Position numbers and translations under genes: made by a program
In this document: piece after piece, positions 44,044 to 52,374 of the stretch
Numbering within the stretch: position 1 is the first letter of the stretch
Layout of the letters: every line of letters starts with the position of its first letter
The notes under the pieces: generated by a model
What the model was told of the DNA's origin: nothing
Database searches by the model: none
What the model saw: only the letters and a program-made list of their open reading frames with translations
Assembly: GCA_024655825.1 (NCBI GenBank)
Contig: JANLFJ010000004.1
Location: 15,158 to 79,157 of the forward strand
Direction of reading: 5' to 3'
DNA: 64,000 nt
DNA from: Peptococcaceae bacterium
Lineage (GTDB): Bacteria; Bacillota; Peptococcia; DRI-13; PHAD01

Positions 44044-45237
44044 CTATACTAGGGCGGACAAGACCGATACCCTGGCGATTATTCCCAAAAGCCTGTTATT
44101 CCCGTCGAGCACGGCTATCGGATACTTGCTTGCCGTAGCCAGGGGAATCAGGTCCTGGACGTAAGTATCGGGGGTAGTCGTTGCATACTCTTTTATTAAA
44201 ATATCTTTTAACGGCCAATGTTCTTTCAGCGCTCTGACGGCGTCATCCACCGTCACCAGTCCCTGCAGCCTGCGCTCGCTGTCAACGACGAACACGCTTG
44301 ACAATCCGCTTTTCTCCATCTCTTTTAGCGCAACATGCGGTCCATCTTTCAGGAAGACAAGGGAGCCGGGAAGAAACATGATGTTTTTGGCCTGGAGCAC
44401 TTTTGTCCTGTCTACATCCTGGACAAAGTCGGCGATATAATCGTTGGCCGGTTTTTCCAGGATTTCCTCCGGAGTGCCTATCTGCTGGATGACCCCGTCT
44501 TTCATCACCGCGACCCTGTCCCCCAGTTTAAATGCTTCATTGACATCATGGGTAATAAATATGATGGTTTTTTTCAACTTGGCCTGGATATCCAAAAGTT
44601 CGAGCTGCATATCCCGCCTGATCAGCGGGTCCAGTGCGCTGAAGGGTTCATCCATCAGGAGAATATCCGGGTCGTTGGCCAGGGCCCTGGCTAGGCCTAC
44701 TCGCTGTTTCATGCCGCCGCTCAACTGCCGGGGATAATAATTCTCCCAGCCTTCTAATCCAACGGTGCTCAATACCTTCTTCGCTTTTTTGCAGCGCTCT
44801 TCTTTGGGAATGCCCCTTACTTCCAGCCCGTATTCGACGTTACCCAAGACCGTCCGGTGAGTAAAAAGCCCAAAATGCTGAAAGACCATGGCCACCTTTT
44901 TTTGCCTGTATTCTCGCAGCTTTTTCCTGTCATATTCGACAATATTTTCCCCGTCGACATAGATCTTGCCCTCCGTAGGCGTATTCAACATGTTCAGGCA
45001 GCGTATAAGCGTAGATTTGCCGCTCCCCGACAGGCCCATAATTACGAATGTTTCGCCTTCCTTTACTTCGAACGAGGCATTGTTGACGCCTACGGTATGC
45101 CCGGTTTCTTTCAGAACTGCGTCCTTAGGCACACCGCTTTTTATTTTTTCTAGAACCGCTTTCGGGTTTCGCCCGAACACTTTGGATAGGTTCTCAACCT
45201 TCACTTTAACAGTCATTTGCGCATCCACCCGCTTCAT
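44044..45237 (-). CDS. opuAA: Glycine betaine/proline ABC transporter ATPase with tandem C-terminal CBS domains
   Basis: 397 aa with Walker A GLSGSGKST, signature LSGGMKQR and Walker B LLMDEPFSALD. A CBS pair follows. Confidence 0.9.
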   Translation of the reverse strand: MKRVDAQMTVKVKVENLSKVFGRNPKAVLEKIKSGVPKDAVLKETGHTVGVNNASFEVKEGETFVIMGLSGSGKSTLIRCLNMLNTPTEGKIYVDGENIVEYDRKKLREYRQKKVAMVFQHFGLFTHRTVLGNVEYGLEVRGIPKEERCKKAKKVLSTVGLEGWENYYPRQLSGGMKQRVGLARALANDPDILLMDEPFSALDPLIRRDMQLELLDIQAKLKKTIIFITHDVNEAFKLGDRVAVMKDGVIQQIGTPEEILEKPANDYIADFVQDVDRTKVLQAKNIMFLPGSLVFLKDGPHVALKEMEKSGLSSVFVVDSERRLQGLVTVDDAVRALKEHWPLKDILIKEYATTTPDTYVQDLIPLATASKYPIAVLDGNNRLLGIIARVSVLSALV

Positions 45238-45254
45238 AAAATAAAATAATTGAA

Positions 45255-46148
45255 TCAGCTGTCAGGTATCTTATAGCGGTTAACAACCCCCTGCAGCAAA
45301 CGGTCAATGATGATTGCCAGGATAACGATACTTAAACCGGCATCAAAACCCCGGGCGATGTCAATCCGGTTAATGGCAATCAGGACCTCCATTCCCAAGC
45401 CCCTGGCCCCGACCATGGAGGCGATAACAACCATCGCCAGCGCCATCATCGTGGTCTGGTTGATACCGGTCATAACGGAAGGCAGGGCCTGGGGCAGCTG
45501 GACCTTGACCAGCGTCTGCCAGGTCGAAGAGCCAAAGGAGTGAGCAGCCTCCACCATTTCCTTGGGAACGCTTCTTATTCCAAGGTCCGTAAGCCTGATA
45601 ACCGGCGGTATCGAATAGATGATGGTGGCGAACACGGCCGGCACCTTGCCAAGCCCAAAAAGCATCATGGCGGGGATTAGATAAACAAAACTGGGCATAG
45701 TCTGCATAGCATCCAGGGTAGGCTTTACCACAACCCCCACTTTATCATTGTAAGCGACCAGGATGCCGGCAGGAATTCCTAATAACAGGGATATGATCAC
45801 CGAGGTCATTACCACGGCCAGGGTTGACATCATCTCGTCCCACAAGCCAAACGCGCCGATCATAAAAACCAGCAGGGCATAAAGCGCTCCCGCCCAGAAT
45901 TTTTTTAGCCGCCAGCCCAGCAAGAAAACAATAGCGACTACGGACCACCAGGGCAACCAAAGCAAAAACAGCTCAATTTTAAGCAGCACCCACAGCAGCA
46001 GAGCTATCAACACATCAAAAGCCTGTCCAAAGCTGTGCAAAAGCCACTTGACAAACACATCAACGTAAACTCCGATTTTAAAACTCAGATATTCAGGAAA
46101 ATTCGTCATAAATATTTTGGTTGCCGCAGGAGAGTATGCGGCAACCAT
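45255..46148 (-). CDS. opuAB: Glycine betaine/proline ABC transporter permease
   Basis: Polytopic protein with the EAA-type loop EAAHSFGSSTWQTLVKVQLPQALP. The start is uncertain: GTG 46163, ATG 46148 or a later ATG. Confidence 0.85.
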   Translation of the reverse strand: MVAAYSPAATKIFMTNFPEYLSFKIGVYVDVFVKWLLHSFGQAFDVLIALLLWVLLKIELFLLWLPWWSVVAIVFLLGWRLKKFWAGALYALLVFMIGAFGLWDEMMSTLAVVMTSVIISLLLGIPAGILVAYNDKVGVVVKPTLDAMQTMPSFVYLIPAMMLFGLGKVPAVFATIIYSIPPVIRLTDLGIRSVPKEMVEAAHSFGSSTWQTLVKVQLPQALPSVMTGINQTTMMALAMVVIASMVGARGLGMEVLIAINRIDIARGFDAGLSIVILAIIIDRLLQGVVNRYKIPDS

Positions 46149-46173
46149 TTCACCTCTTTCCACCCAAATAATA

Positions 46174-47232
46174 TCATTTATTCAGCGCAGCTTCAATCTT
46201 TCCAGCAATTTCGGACGGGACCCACTTTGTCCACGTATCCTTGTGATTCTTCAGAAAATATTTGGCCGCCTCATCGGTCCCGACATTTTTTTCCTGCATG
46301 TAAGCCAGAGCCTCGCTGGTGATAGAACTGCTGGTTTTATATTTTTTGAGAAATTCCACCACATCAGGTGCATCCTTGGTAAGGTCTTTATTAATAGCTA
46401 CTGTCACTTTAACAGCAGGAAACTGGCACATGTACCCCTTCTCCCATTTTTCTTTACTGTAAGGCTCTTCCTGAAGCAGGGTCATGTCGTATTTCCCAAT
46501 AATCCAGGTCGGCTCCCAGTAGTAGCCCACCCAGGGAACGCCTTTTTCCACGGCCTGAACCATGGAAGTGGAAAGAGCCGTATCCGATCCTGGGTGAAAA
46601 ATATTATAGTACTTGTCCAGGCCGTAGTTTTTGATTTTTTCTGTTATTATCTTATCGACAGCCCATCCAGGAATGGCCCCGTAAATTCGTCCCTTATTCT
46701 TGTCCTCCGGATCCCGAAAAACCTGCCAGTATTTGGCCAAATCACTGACTGTCCTGAGTCCGGGAGCCGAAGCCTTAATCCCGCGACTCGGGTCACCTTT
46801 GATCACGTAGGTTGGAACGTACAATCCCTGCATATCATCGTCGAAGTTTACCGAAACCTCAATGATATCACCTTTTTCCAGGGCATCCGTATATTCGTCG
46901 ATAATGTTGTCGGTCCAGACCTCCATGTAGATGTCAATATCGCCTCTTCTTAAACCCGTAAAGGTAACAGGCGTATTGCCGGTTATTACATCCGTTTTAT
47001 AGCCATAGCCATTTTTGATTATGAAACCAGCTACATCGTTATGAAAGCGAATGCTGTCCCAGCCTGCATCAGCGAAAACCAGGGTTGGCTTTTGCTCCGG
47101 CTGTTCTGCCTGTCTGCCCGCTTCTTTCTTGGCACATCCCGCAATTCCCATCGCCACAATAAAGATTGCCAGCAAAAACGTTATCGGCAAAACCTTTCTA
47201 TGGTTGCATTGCAACACAATTTCCACCTCCAA
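46174..47232 (-). CDS. opuAC: Glycine betaine-binding lipoprotein
   Basis: 352 aa with the lipobox MGIAGCA. It has OpuAC/ProX-type Trp-rich binding-protein features (GWDS, YWEP). Confidence 0.82.
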   Translation of the reverse strand: MEVEIVLQCNHRKVLPITFLLAIFIVAMGIAGCAKKEAGRQAEQPEQKPTLVFADAGWDSIRFHNDVAGFIIKNGYGYKTDVITGNTPVTFTGLRRGDIDIYMEVWTDNIIDEYTDALEKGDIIEVSVNFDDDMQGLYVPTYVIKGDPSRGIKASAPGLRTVSDLAKYWQVFRDPEDKNKGRIYGAIPGWAVDKIITEKIKNYGLDKYYNIFHPGSDTALSTSMVQAVEKGVPWVGYYWEPTWIIGKYDMTLLQEEPYSKEKWEKGYMCQFPAVKVTVAINKDLTKDAPDVVEFLKKYKTSSSITSEALAYMQEKNVGTDEAAKYFLKNHKDTWTKWVPSEIAGKIEAALNK

Positions 47233-47314
47233 GTCTATTCCTCTTTTATTTTTTTAACAATTATATGTTATCATTCCTACAACTTATAGTCAATTAACAA
47301 ATTGTATGTTGCTG

Positions 47315-47548
47315 CTATTTGGCGTGAACCCGTGTTCGCACGGCTCCTTCTTTGCAGTAGAAAGAGAAGCCCGGAAACTTTCGCTTCCGCGGCCTGACCA
47401 CAGCGCTTTTCTCCCTGTTGGCTCTCAGTTTCAGCGTGCCTTCCAAATATTTGGTTATGCTTTGCATGACCCTTTCTCCGGCACGTTGGCTCTTTGCATA
47501 GATGTTGCAGTCATCGGCGCAACGGCAAAATTTGTGTCCGCCATGCCG
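47315..47548 (-). mobile_element. Group II intron reverse transcriptase/maturase internal fragment (remnant)
   Basis: It reads GHKFCRCADDCNIYAKSQRAGERVMQSITKYLEGTLKLRANREKSAVVRPRKRKFPGFSF. This is the RT domain 5-7 pattern (RYADD...NxxKS...FLGF) with YADD degenerated to CADD. No RT N-terminus, X/En domain or ribozyme domains are evident. Confidence 0.8.
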
Positions 47549-47554
47549 GGCGCA

Positions 47555-47591
47555 CTGAAAAGGCTGCCGGCATCTGGCAGATGCCGGCAGC
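47555..47591 (-). terminator. Intrinsic terminator of the symporter gene
   Basis: The minus strand reads GGCTGCCGGCATC-TGCCA-GATGCCGGCAGCC followed by TTTTCAG. Confidence 0.8.
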
Positions 47592-47627
47592 CCGTGAGGC
47601 AAACAACAGAGCGCATGGCCGCCGTTA

Positions 47628-48872
47628 TTAAGCGGCAACGCTTCCCTGTCGAGCAGCATATTTTTTCTCGCAGTTTTCAACTATCACAGCGGCGCTAGCG
47701 TCCCCCGTCACGTTAACAGCGGTCCTGGCCATGTCCAGTATGCGGTCTATTCCTGCAATCAAAGCAACTGCCTCAAGAGGCAGGCCGACAGAAGTCAGCA
47801 CCAATGTAAGCATGATCAAGCCGGCTCCGGGAACTCCAGCCGTACCGATCGATGCTAGTGTAGCCGTCAGGATAATGGTCAATTGGTTGCCAAGTGTCAG
47901 ATCGATGCCATATACCTGAGCGACGAACAGAGCGCAAACTCCCTGGTAAAGAGCGGTCCCGTCCATGTTTATAGTTGCGCCTAACGGCTGAACAAAACTG
48001 GCAACATCCTTGCTTACGCCAAGGTTTTCTTCGGCGCACTTCATGGAAACCGGCAACGTACCCGAACTGCTGCAAGTTGTAAAGGCTACCGTTATTGCTG
48101 GCAAAAAACCGGCGAAAAATTTGGCAGGACTCATGCCGCCCAGGGTTTTGACAGCCGCGGAATAGACAAGGCCGGCATGAAGAATACAGGCTATATATAC
48201 TGCGGCTATTACTTTAGCCAGCGGAAAAAGAACGGAAGGGCCGTTAGCCTGCACGACAGGCACGATCAGTGCGAACACGCCAACAGGAGCCGCCGCCATG
48301 ATTAAGCCGACAATTTTGTAGGTCACTTCAGCGAATCCCTCAAAAAACCAAACAACGGGCTGTGCTTTCTCCCCGACCAGGGTCACGCCTATACCCACAA
48401 ACAAGGCAAAAAATATGATCTGTAGCATATTGGCTTTGACCAGCGCATCCAGCGGGTTACTAGGTATAAGGTTTACGATCACGTCCGCGATAGGTGCAGG
48501 AGTTCCAGGCGCATACTTGGCACCTTCTGGGAGAATCAGGCCTATACCGGGATCAAGTATATTGCCAAGGATTAGACCAATAGTTACGGCTAAAGCTGTT
48601 GTTGCCAAATAATAGCCGAGAGTCATAGCCCCGATGCGGCCTAATTTTTTTACATCTCCGACAGATGCGGCGCCAACCACCAGCGAGCTTAAAACCAGCG
48701 GTACGATTACCATTTTGATTGAATTAATGAATATGCTGCCCACTGGCTTGCAGAGAGCAGTTAGTCCCGCGGCCTTGGGCAGGATCAGGCCGATAATTAT
48801 GCCGAGAATTAGCCCTATTAGGATTTTGGTTGACAGTGACAGTGTTTTCAAGAATACTCTCCTCCTTTTCAT
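47628..48872 (-). CDS. Dicarboxylate/amino acid:cation symporter (DAACS; GltP/DctA/SstT family)
   Basis: 414 aa and polytopic. Family-like segments are SSSGTLP and NMDGTALYQGV. Confidence 0.85.
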   Translation of the reverse strand: MKRRRVFLKTLSLSTKILIGLILGIIIGLILPKAAGLTALCKPVGSIFINSIKMVIVPLVLSSLVVGAASVGDVKKLGRIGAMTLGYYLATTALAVTIGLILGNILDPGIGLILPEGAKYAPGTPAPIADVIVNLIPSNPLDALVKANMLQIIFFALFVGIGVTLVGEKAQPVVWFFEGFAEVTYKIVGLIMAAAPVGVFALIVPVVQANGPSVLFPLAKVIAAVYIACILHAGLVYSAAVKTLGGMSPAKFFAGFLPAITVAFTTCSSSGTLPVSMKCAEENLGVSKDVASFVQPLGATINMDGTALYQGVCALFVAQVYGIDLTLGNQLTIILTATLASIGTAGVPGAGLIMLTLVLTSVGLPLEAVALIAGIDRILDMARTAVNVTGDASAAVIVENCEKKYAARQGSVAA

Positions 48873-49100
48873 AAAATTTTGTCATATCTTTCAAAATGGC
48901 CCGTTTTTTCTCACCACCTCCCCGGCACTCTGCTGTTATTTTGATATTAATGCCTTCACTACATATTCATACCAAATCATACACAAAAAATCTTCGACTG
49001 TTGCGAATTGTCAGTTAAAGATGTATGCGCTGAGCCTGGTAAAAAATGATAGAATAAAAAAAGCCCGGCCGGCTGCCGGAACTTTCTGCTTTGCTCATTT

Positions 49101-49499
49101 TTATACTTTGTCCATAAGCAAAATCAATATTCCCTCCACGAATTTTTTTGCGTTGATCTTTCCGCCGTATCTGCTTTTCCCCCTCTCGAAGTCCATTTCT
49201 TTTCTGACCTCGCCAAAGTCAAAAAGAACCGAAGAGTACCTGGTAAATACCTCGTCGTAATAGTCTTCCAGGCCAAGGTTTGCCAAATTTTTCAACGCGC
49301 TCTTGATTGTTCTTCTGATTCTCTGCTCGATAGCCGCCGTATTCATTGAAATGCCCTGCTCCGTTTCATACTTTTCTCTGAGGTAATCAAAGGCCCCGGA
49401 AAGCCTGTATGCCTCCTGTGCCCCGTCAACCAACGACCCTTTCTTTTTCAACCATAAAACAATCTCGACTATGTCCTGGCACCCTGCTTCCCCGAGCAC
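49101..49499 (-). CDS. Spo0A C-terminal (DNA-binding) domain-like orphan protein; start unclear
   Basis: It reads AFDYLREKYE...SMNTAAIEQRIRRTIKSALKNL...FG...KINAKKFVEGI, which resembles Spo0A_C (TxxxVERAIRHAI...PTNSEFI). The GTG at 49499 has a weak RBS. The in-frame sequence upstream, back to the TAA at 49557, also looks domain-like. Confidence 0.5.
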   Translation of the reverse strand: MLGEAGCQDIVEIVLWLKKKGSLVDGAQEAYRLSGAFDYLREKYETEQGISMNTAAIEQRIRRTIKSALKNLANLGLEDYYDEVFTRYSSVLFDFGEVRKEMDFERGKSRYGGKINAKKFVEGILILLMDKV

Positions 49500-49556
49500 T
49501 CCAAGCTGGGCAAGGACTCTTTTGATTCTAACCCGTTCGTCGGGCGTTTCCGTTCT

Positions 49557-49853
49557 TTATAAAAGGTAGTAGATGGCTACCGGGTAATAATTGGAAAATA
49601 CCTGTAAAAAGGTGGCGTCCTGGTAGGTAGTGTAATTTACAAAGGTGCGGAATAATGGTGTGAGCACAGCAATCAAACTGCATACAAGCATAACCGGCAC
49701 CTGGTTGAAATGAATCAGCAGTATTGAAAGCGTCAAAACCGCCATTGAAAGCCTGAAATAACCGGGTATGGGGCTGATATAAATCTGCCCCATGAAAGTT
49801 GTCACTATGGCGATGATTATTATTTTTTCCAGGTCCAGTTTGCTGCGCAGCAA
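49557..49853 (-). CDS. Small membrane protein (three predicted TM helices), unknown function
   Basis: 98 aa with a TTG start 7 nt after GGAGGGGG. Confidence 0.45.
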   Translation of the reverse strand: MLRSKLDLEKIIIIAIVTTFMGQIYISPIPGYFRLSMAVLTLSILLIHFNQVPVMLVCSLIAVLTPLFRTFVNYTTYQDATFLQVFSNYYPVAIYYLL

Positions 49854-49911
49854 ATTTTTGCCCCCTCCAAAACCGGTTCTGAACGGCTGGGCTTGCGTTG
49901 CCGGCGAGGCT

Positions 49912-50889
49912 TTACCCCTTCATCACGGCGGCATTCACCAGGTTGGGCGGCTTCTCGCCCTTTAGTCCCGCCGCCATGTTCCGCGCAGCCATAACCGCCA
50001 TCCTGGTCCTGGTGACGACGGAAGCGCTGCCGATATGCGGCACGACAACAACGTTATCCAGGCTCAGCAAGGGGTTGTCGGCTCTCATAGGCTCGGGATC
50101 AGTCACATCAAGGCCAGCCCCCCAGATGATACCCTCCTTCAGGGCCTCGTACAGGTCTTTTTCGTTTACCACCGCTCCCCGCGCGGTATTGATTAACACA
50201 GCCGACTTTTTCATCAGAGAGAGGGTCTGTCTGTTTATCATGCCCCTTGTCATGTCAGTCAACGGCACATGTAAGCTGACAAAGTCCGACTCCCGCAGGA
50301 GTTCTTCCAAGCCGGCGCAGGTCAGGTCCAGGTCTCTTTCGGCCATCTCATTGCGGGTACGGCTGTGGTAAAGGACCTTCATGCCAAAACCGCTGGCCCT
50401 GCGGGCCACGGCGGTGCCAATCCTGCCCAGACCGATCAGGCCCAGAACGGACCCGTGAATGTCCTGGCCTAACAGCAGCATGGGACTCCAGGTTTTCCAC
50501 CTGCCATTTTCAACATAGCGGACTCCTTCCACAATCCGTCTGGCCACCGCCATCATCAGGGCAAATGCCAGGTCCGCCGTCGTCTCGGTCAAAACGTCCG
50601 GTGTGTTGGTGACCATGACGCCCTTTTCAGTAGCGGCCTGTATGTCTATGTTGTCAAAGCCGACCGCATAGTTGCTGACGACCCGCAGTTTTTTTCCTGC
50701 TTCCAGCAGTTTCCGGTCTATCCTGTCGGTTAGCAGGCAGAGGATTCCCTCCACCTCCCTGATCTCTTCCAGCAGCACCTCATACGGCGGCGGTAGTTCT
50801 CCTTCCCACACCTTCACTTCCGCATTTTCGCGCAGAATGTTCAAGCCCTCCTCCGGTATCCGGCGGGTGACATAAACTAAAGGCTTCAT
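49912..50889 (-). CDS. D-isomer-specific 2-hydroxyacid dehydrogenase (glyoxylate/hydroxypyruvate reductase-like)
   Basis: The NAD motif is [13 protein letters not shown]. The catalytic region is LINTARG...E...PHIGSA. The start is probably MKPLVYV (ATG 50889); TTG 50907 is also possible. Confidence 0.88.
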   Translation of the reverse strand: MKPLVYVTRRIPEEGLNILRENAEVKVWEGELPPPYEVLLEEIREVEGILCLLTDRIDRKLLEAGKKLRVVSNYAVGFDNIDIQAATEKGVMVTNTPDVLTETTADLAFALMMAVARRIVEGVRYVENGRWKTWSPMLLLGQDIHGSVLGLIGLGRIGTAVARRASGFGMKVLYHSRTRNEMAERDLDLTCAGLEELLRESDFVSLHVPLTDMTRGMINRQTLSLMKKSAVLINTARGAVVNEKDLYEALKEGIIWGAGLDVTDPEPMRADNPLLSLDNVVVVPHIGSASVVTRTRMAVMAARNMAAGLKGEKPPNLVNAAVMKG

Positions 50890-50929
50890 GACCAACATAT
50901 CCTCCAAATTTTATGTTTTTCTTGACGAA

Positions 50930-51190
50930 CTATATCCAGCGCGGAAAATACCCGCCGCCGTACCAGTAATAATAAACCAGGGGGATGGCGACCAATACCA
51001 GAAATACCACCGCCTGGAGCCAGGGGTTGTGGCGGAAAATAAGCCTGAACCCGATGGCAATCAGCAGCAGGGGCCAGAACTCAAGAAACGCCCACCAGAT
51101 GTCCCAGCTGATCAGGCCCAGGTTGTTGAGGAGGAACACTGTGCCCAACAATATGAGAAAGAGTCCGCCGAAGACGCGCCTTTCCTTCAC
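50930..51190 (-). CDS. LiaF/LiaI-type transmembrane-domain protein (DUF5668-like)
   Basis: The GTG start at 51190 overlaps the pspC-domain gene stop (GTGA), with RBS GGGAGA. It reads FGGLFLILLGTVFLLNNLGLISWDIWWAFLEFWPLLLIAIG. Confidence 0.6.
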   Translation of the reverse strand: MKERRVFGGLFLILLGTVFLLNNLGLISWDIWWAFLEFWPLLLIAIGFRLIFRHNPWLQAVVFLVLVAIPLVYYYWYGGGYFPRWI

Positions 51191-51660
51191 GGGCGTTTCT
51201 CCCCCTTGCCTTTGAACATGATGACCAGGCCAATGATGATCAGGACCAGCGGCCACCAGTTATGCATGCTGAAAAACGGGATGTAGCGGTTAAGTATGAA
51301 ATACAGGCCCAGGCCGATCAGGATCAGGCCGAATACCTGCCGCTTCCTGGCGTCCCCTTCCGCCTTGCCGCCGCTGCCGGCCGGCGGTTCCGCCCCTGCC
51401 GCCCCGGTTGTTTCCCGGCCTGCTCCTTCGGCATCAGTAGGCTCAGCCGGTGCTCCCTCAGCCCCGGTCTTGTTCGCCGGCGCTTCCGGCATGATGATCA
51501 CGGCCAGGATATAGAGGATCAGGCCGCTGCCCCCGGCAAAAATGGCCAGGGCCCAGGCCAGCCGGATCAGGGTGGCGTCAACTTTGAAGTATTCGGCCAG
51601 CCCGCCGCACACGCCGGCAATGACCTTGTTGGTCCGCGATTTATACAGGTTTTCAGGCAT
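51187..51660 (-). CDS. PspC-domain membrane protein
   Basis: Start set at MPENLYKSRTNKVIAGVCGGLAEYFKVDATLIRL (ATG 51660, RBS AAGAGGTG). A Pro/Ala/Gly-rich linker and a C-terminal TM region follow. Confidence 0.8.
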   Translation of the reverse strand: MPENLYKSRTNKVIAGVCGGLAEYFKVDATLIRLAWALAIFAGGSGLILYILAVIIMPEAPANKTGAEGAPAEPTDAEGAGRETTGAAGAEPPAGSGGKAEGDARKRQVFGLILIGLGLYFILNRYIPFFSMHNWWPLVLIIIGLVIMFKGKGEKRP

Positions 51661-51768
51661 TTTTATCACCTCTTGCATTTTTTAAAACACGCAATTGCCC
51701 CAGTTAATTATAACCGTCTTGGCCCGATAATTAAAGCAGGCTTTCCAGCCTGCCCAAGCTTGATTCGT

Positions 51769-52374
51769 TTATTTATCCGTCAATCCGCCCGCCACCCGTT
51801 GCTCGACCCATGCCGCCAGCTCCTCCATGCCGTATCCGGTCTGGGCGGAAAAAATTACGACCGGCAACTCAACCCCGTCCGGCTTCAAACCCCGGGCCAC
51901 GGCCTGCCGATGGGCGGCCCACCGGCCGCGCGGCACTTTGTCCGCCTTGGTGGCCACGATGATGAACGGCAGACCCGAGTGTTCGAGCCAGACAAACATC
52001 CTGACGTCATCCCCGGAGGGCGGGTGCCTGATATCGACAATCATGATGATGCCCGCAAGCTGCGGTCTTTTTTCCAGGTAATCGTTGATAAACCTGGCCC
52101 AGGACAATTTGAGCTCTTTGGAAACCCTGGCGTACCCGTAGCCGGGCAGGTCAACGAAATACCAGCTGTCATTGATACGGTAGAAATTGATGGTCTGTGT
52201 CTTGCCTGGCTGGCTGCTGGTCCGGGCCAGATTCTTCCGGTTGAGAAATTTATTGATAAGCGAAGATTTACCCACGTTGGAACGGCCAACCAGGGCAATT
52301 TCCGGCTGACCGCCGGCAGGGTACTGGGAAGGGTTTACCGCGCAGGCGGCAAATTCGGCTTTGGTAATTTTCAT
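51769..52374 (-). CDS. engB: Ribosome-biogenesis GTPase YsxC/EngB
   Basis: 201 aa with G1 [10 protein letters not shown]3 DLPGYG and G4 TKADK. It lies downstream of lon, as in Bacillus. Confidence 0.93.
   Translation of the reverse strand: MKITKAEFAACAVNPSQYPAGGQPEIALVGRSNVGKSSLINKFLNRKNLARTSSQPGKTQTINFYRINDSWYFVDLPGYGYARVSKELKLSWARFINDYLEKRPQLAGIIMIVDIRHPPSGDDVRMFVWLEHSGLPFIIVATKADKVPRGRWAAHRQAVARGLKPDGVELPVVIFSAQTGYGMEELAAWVEQRVAGGLTDK

Noticed and set aside
47306-47698. 130-aa plus-strand ORF and the N-terminal third of the 121-aa minus ORF 47315..47680.
   Set aside because: The plus ORF is antisense to the intron RT fragment. The 5' third of the minus ORF is read through the symporter terminator hairpin and the symporter 3' end, so it is not RT sequence.
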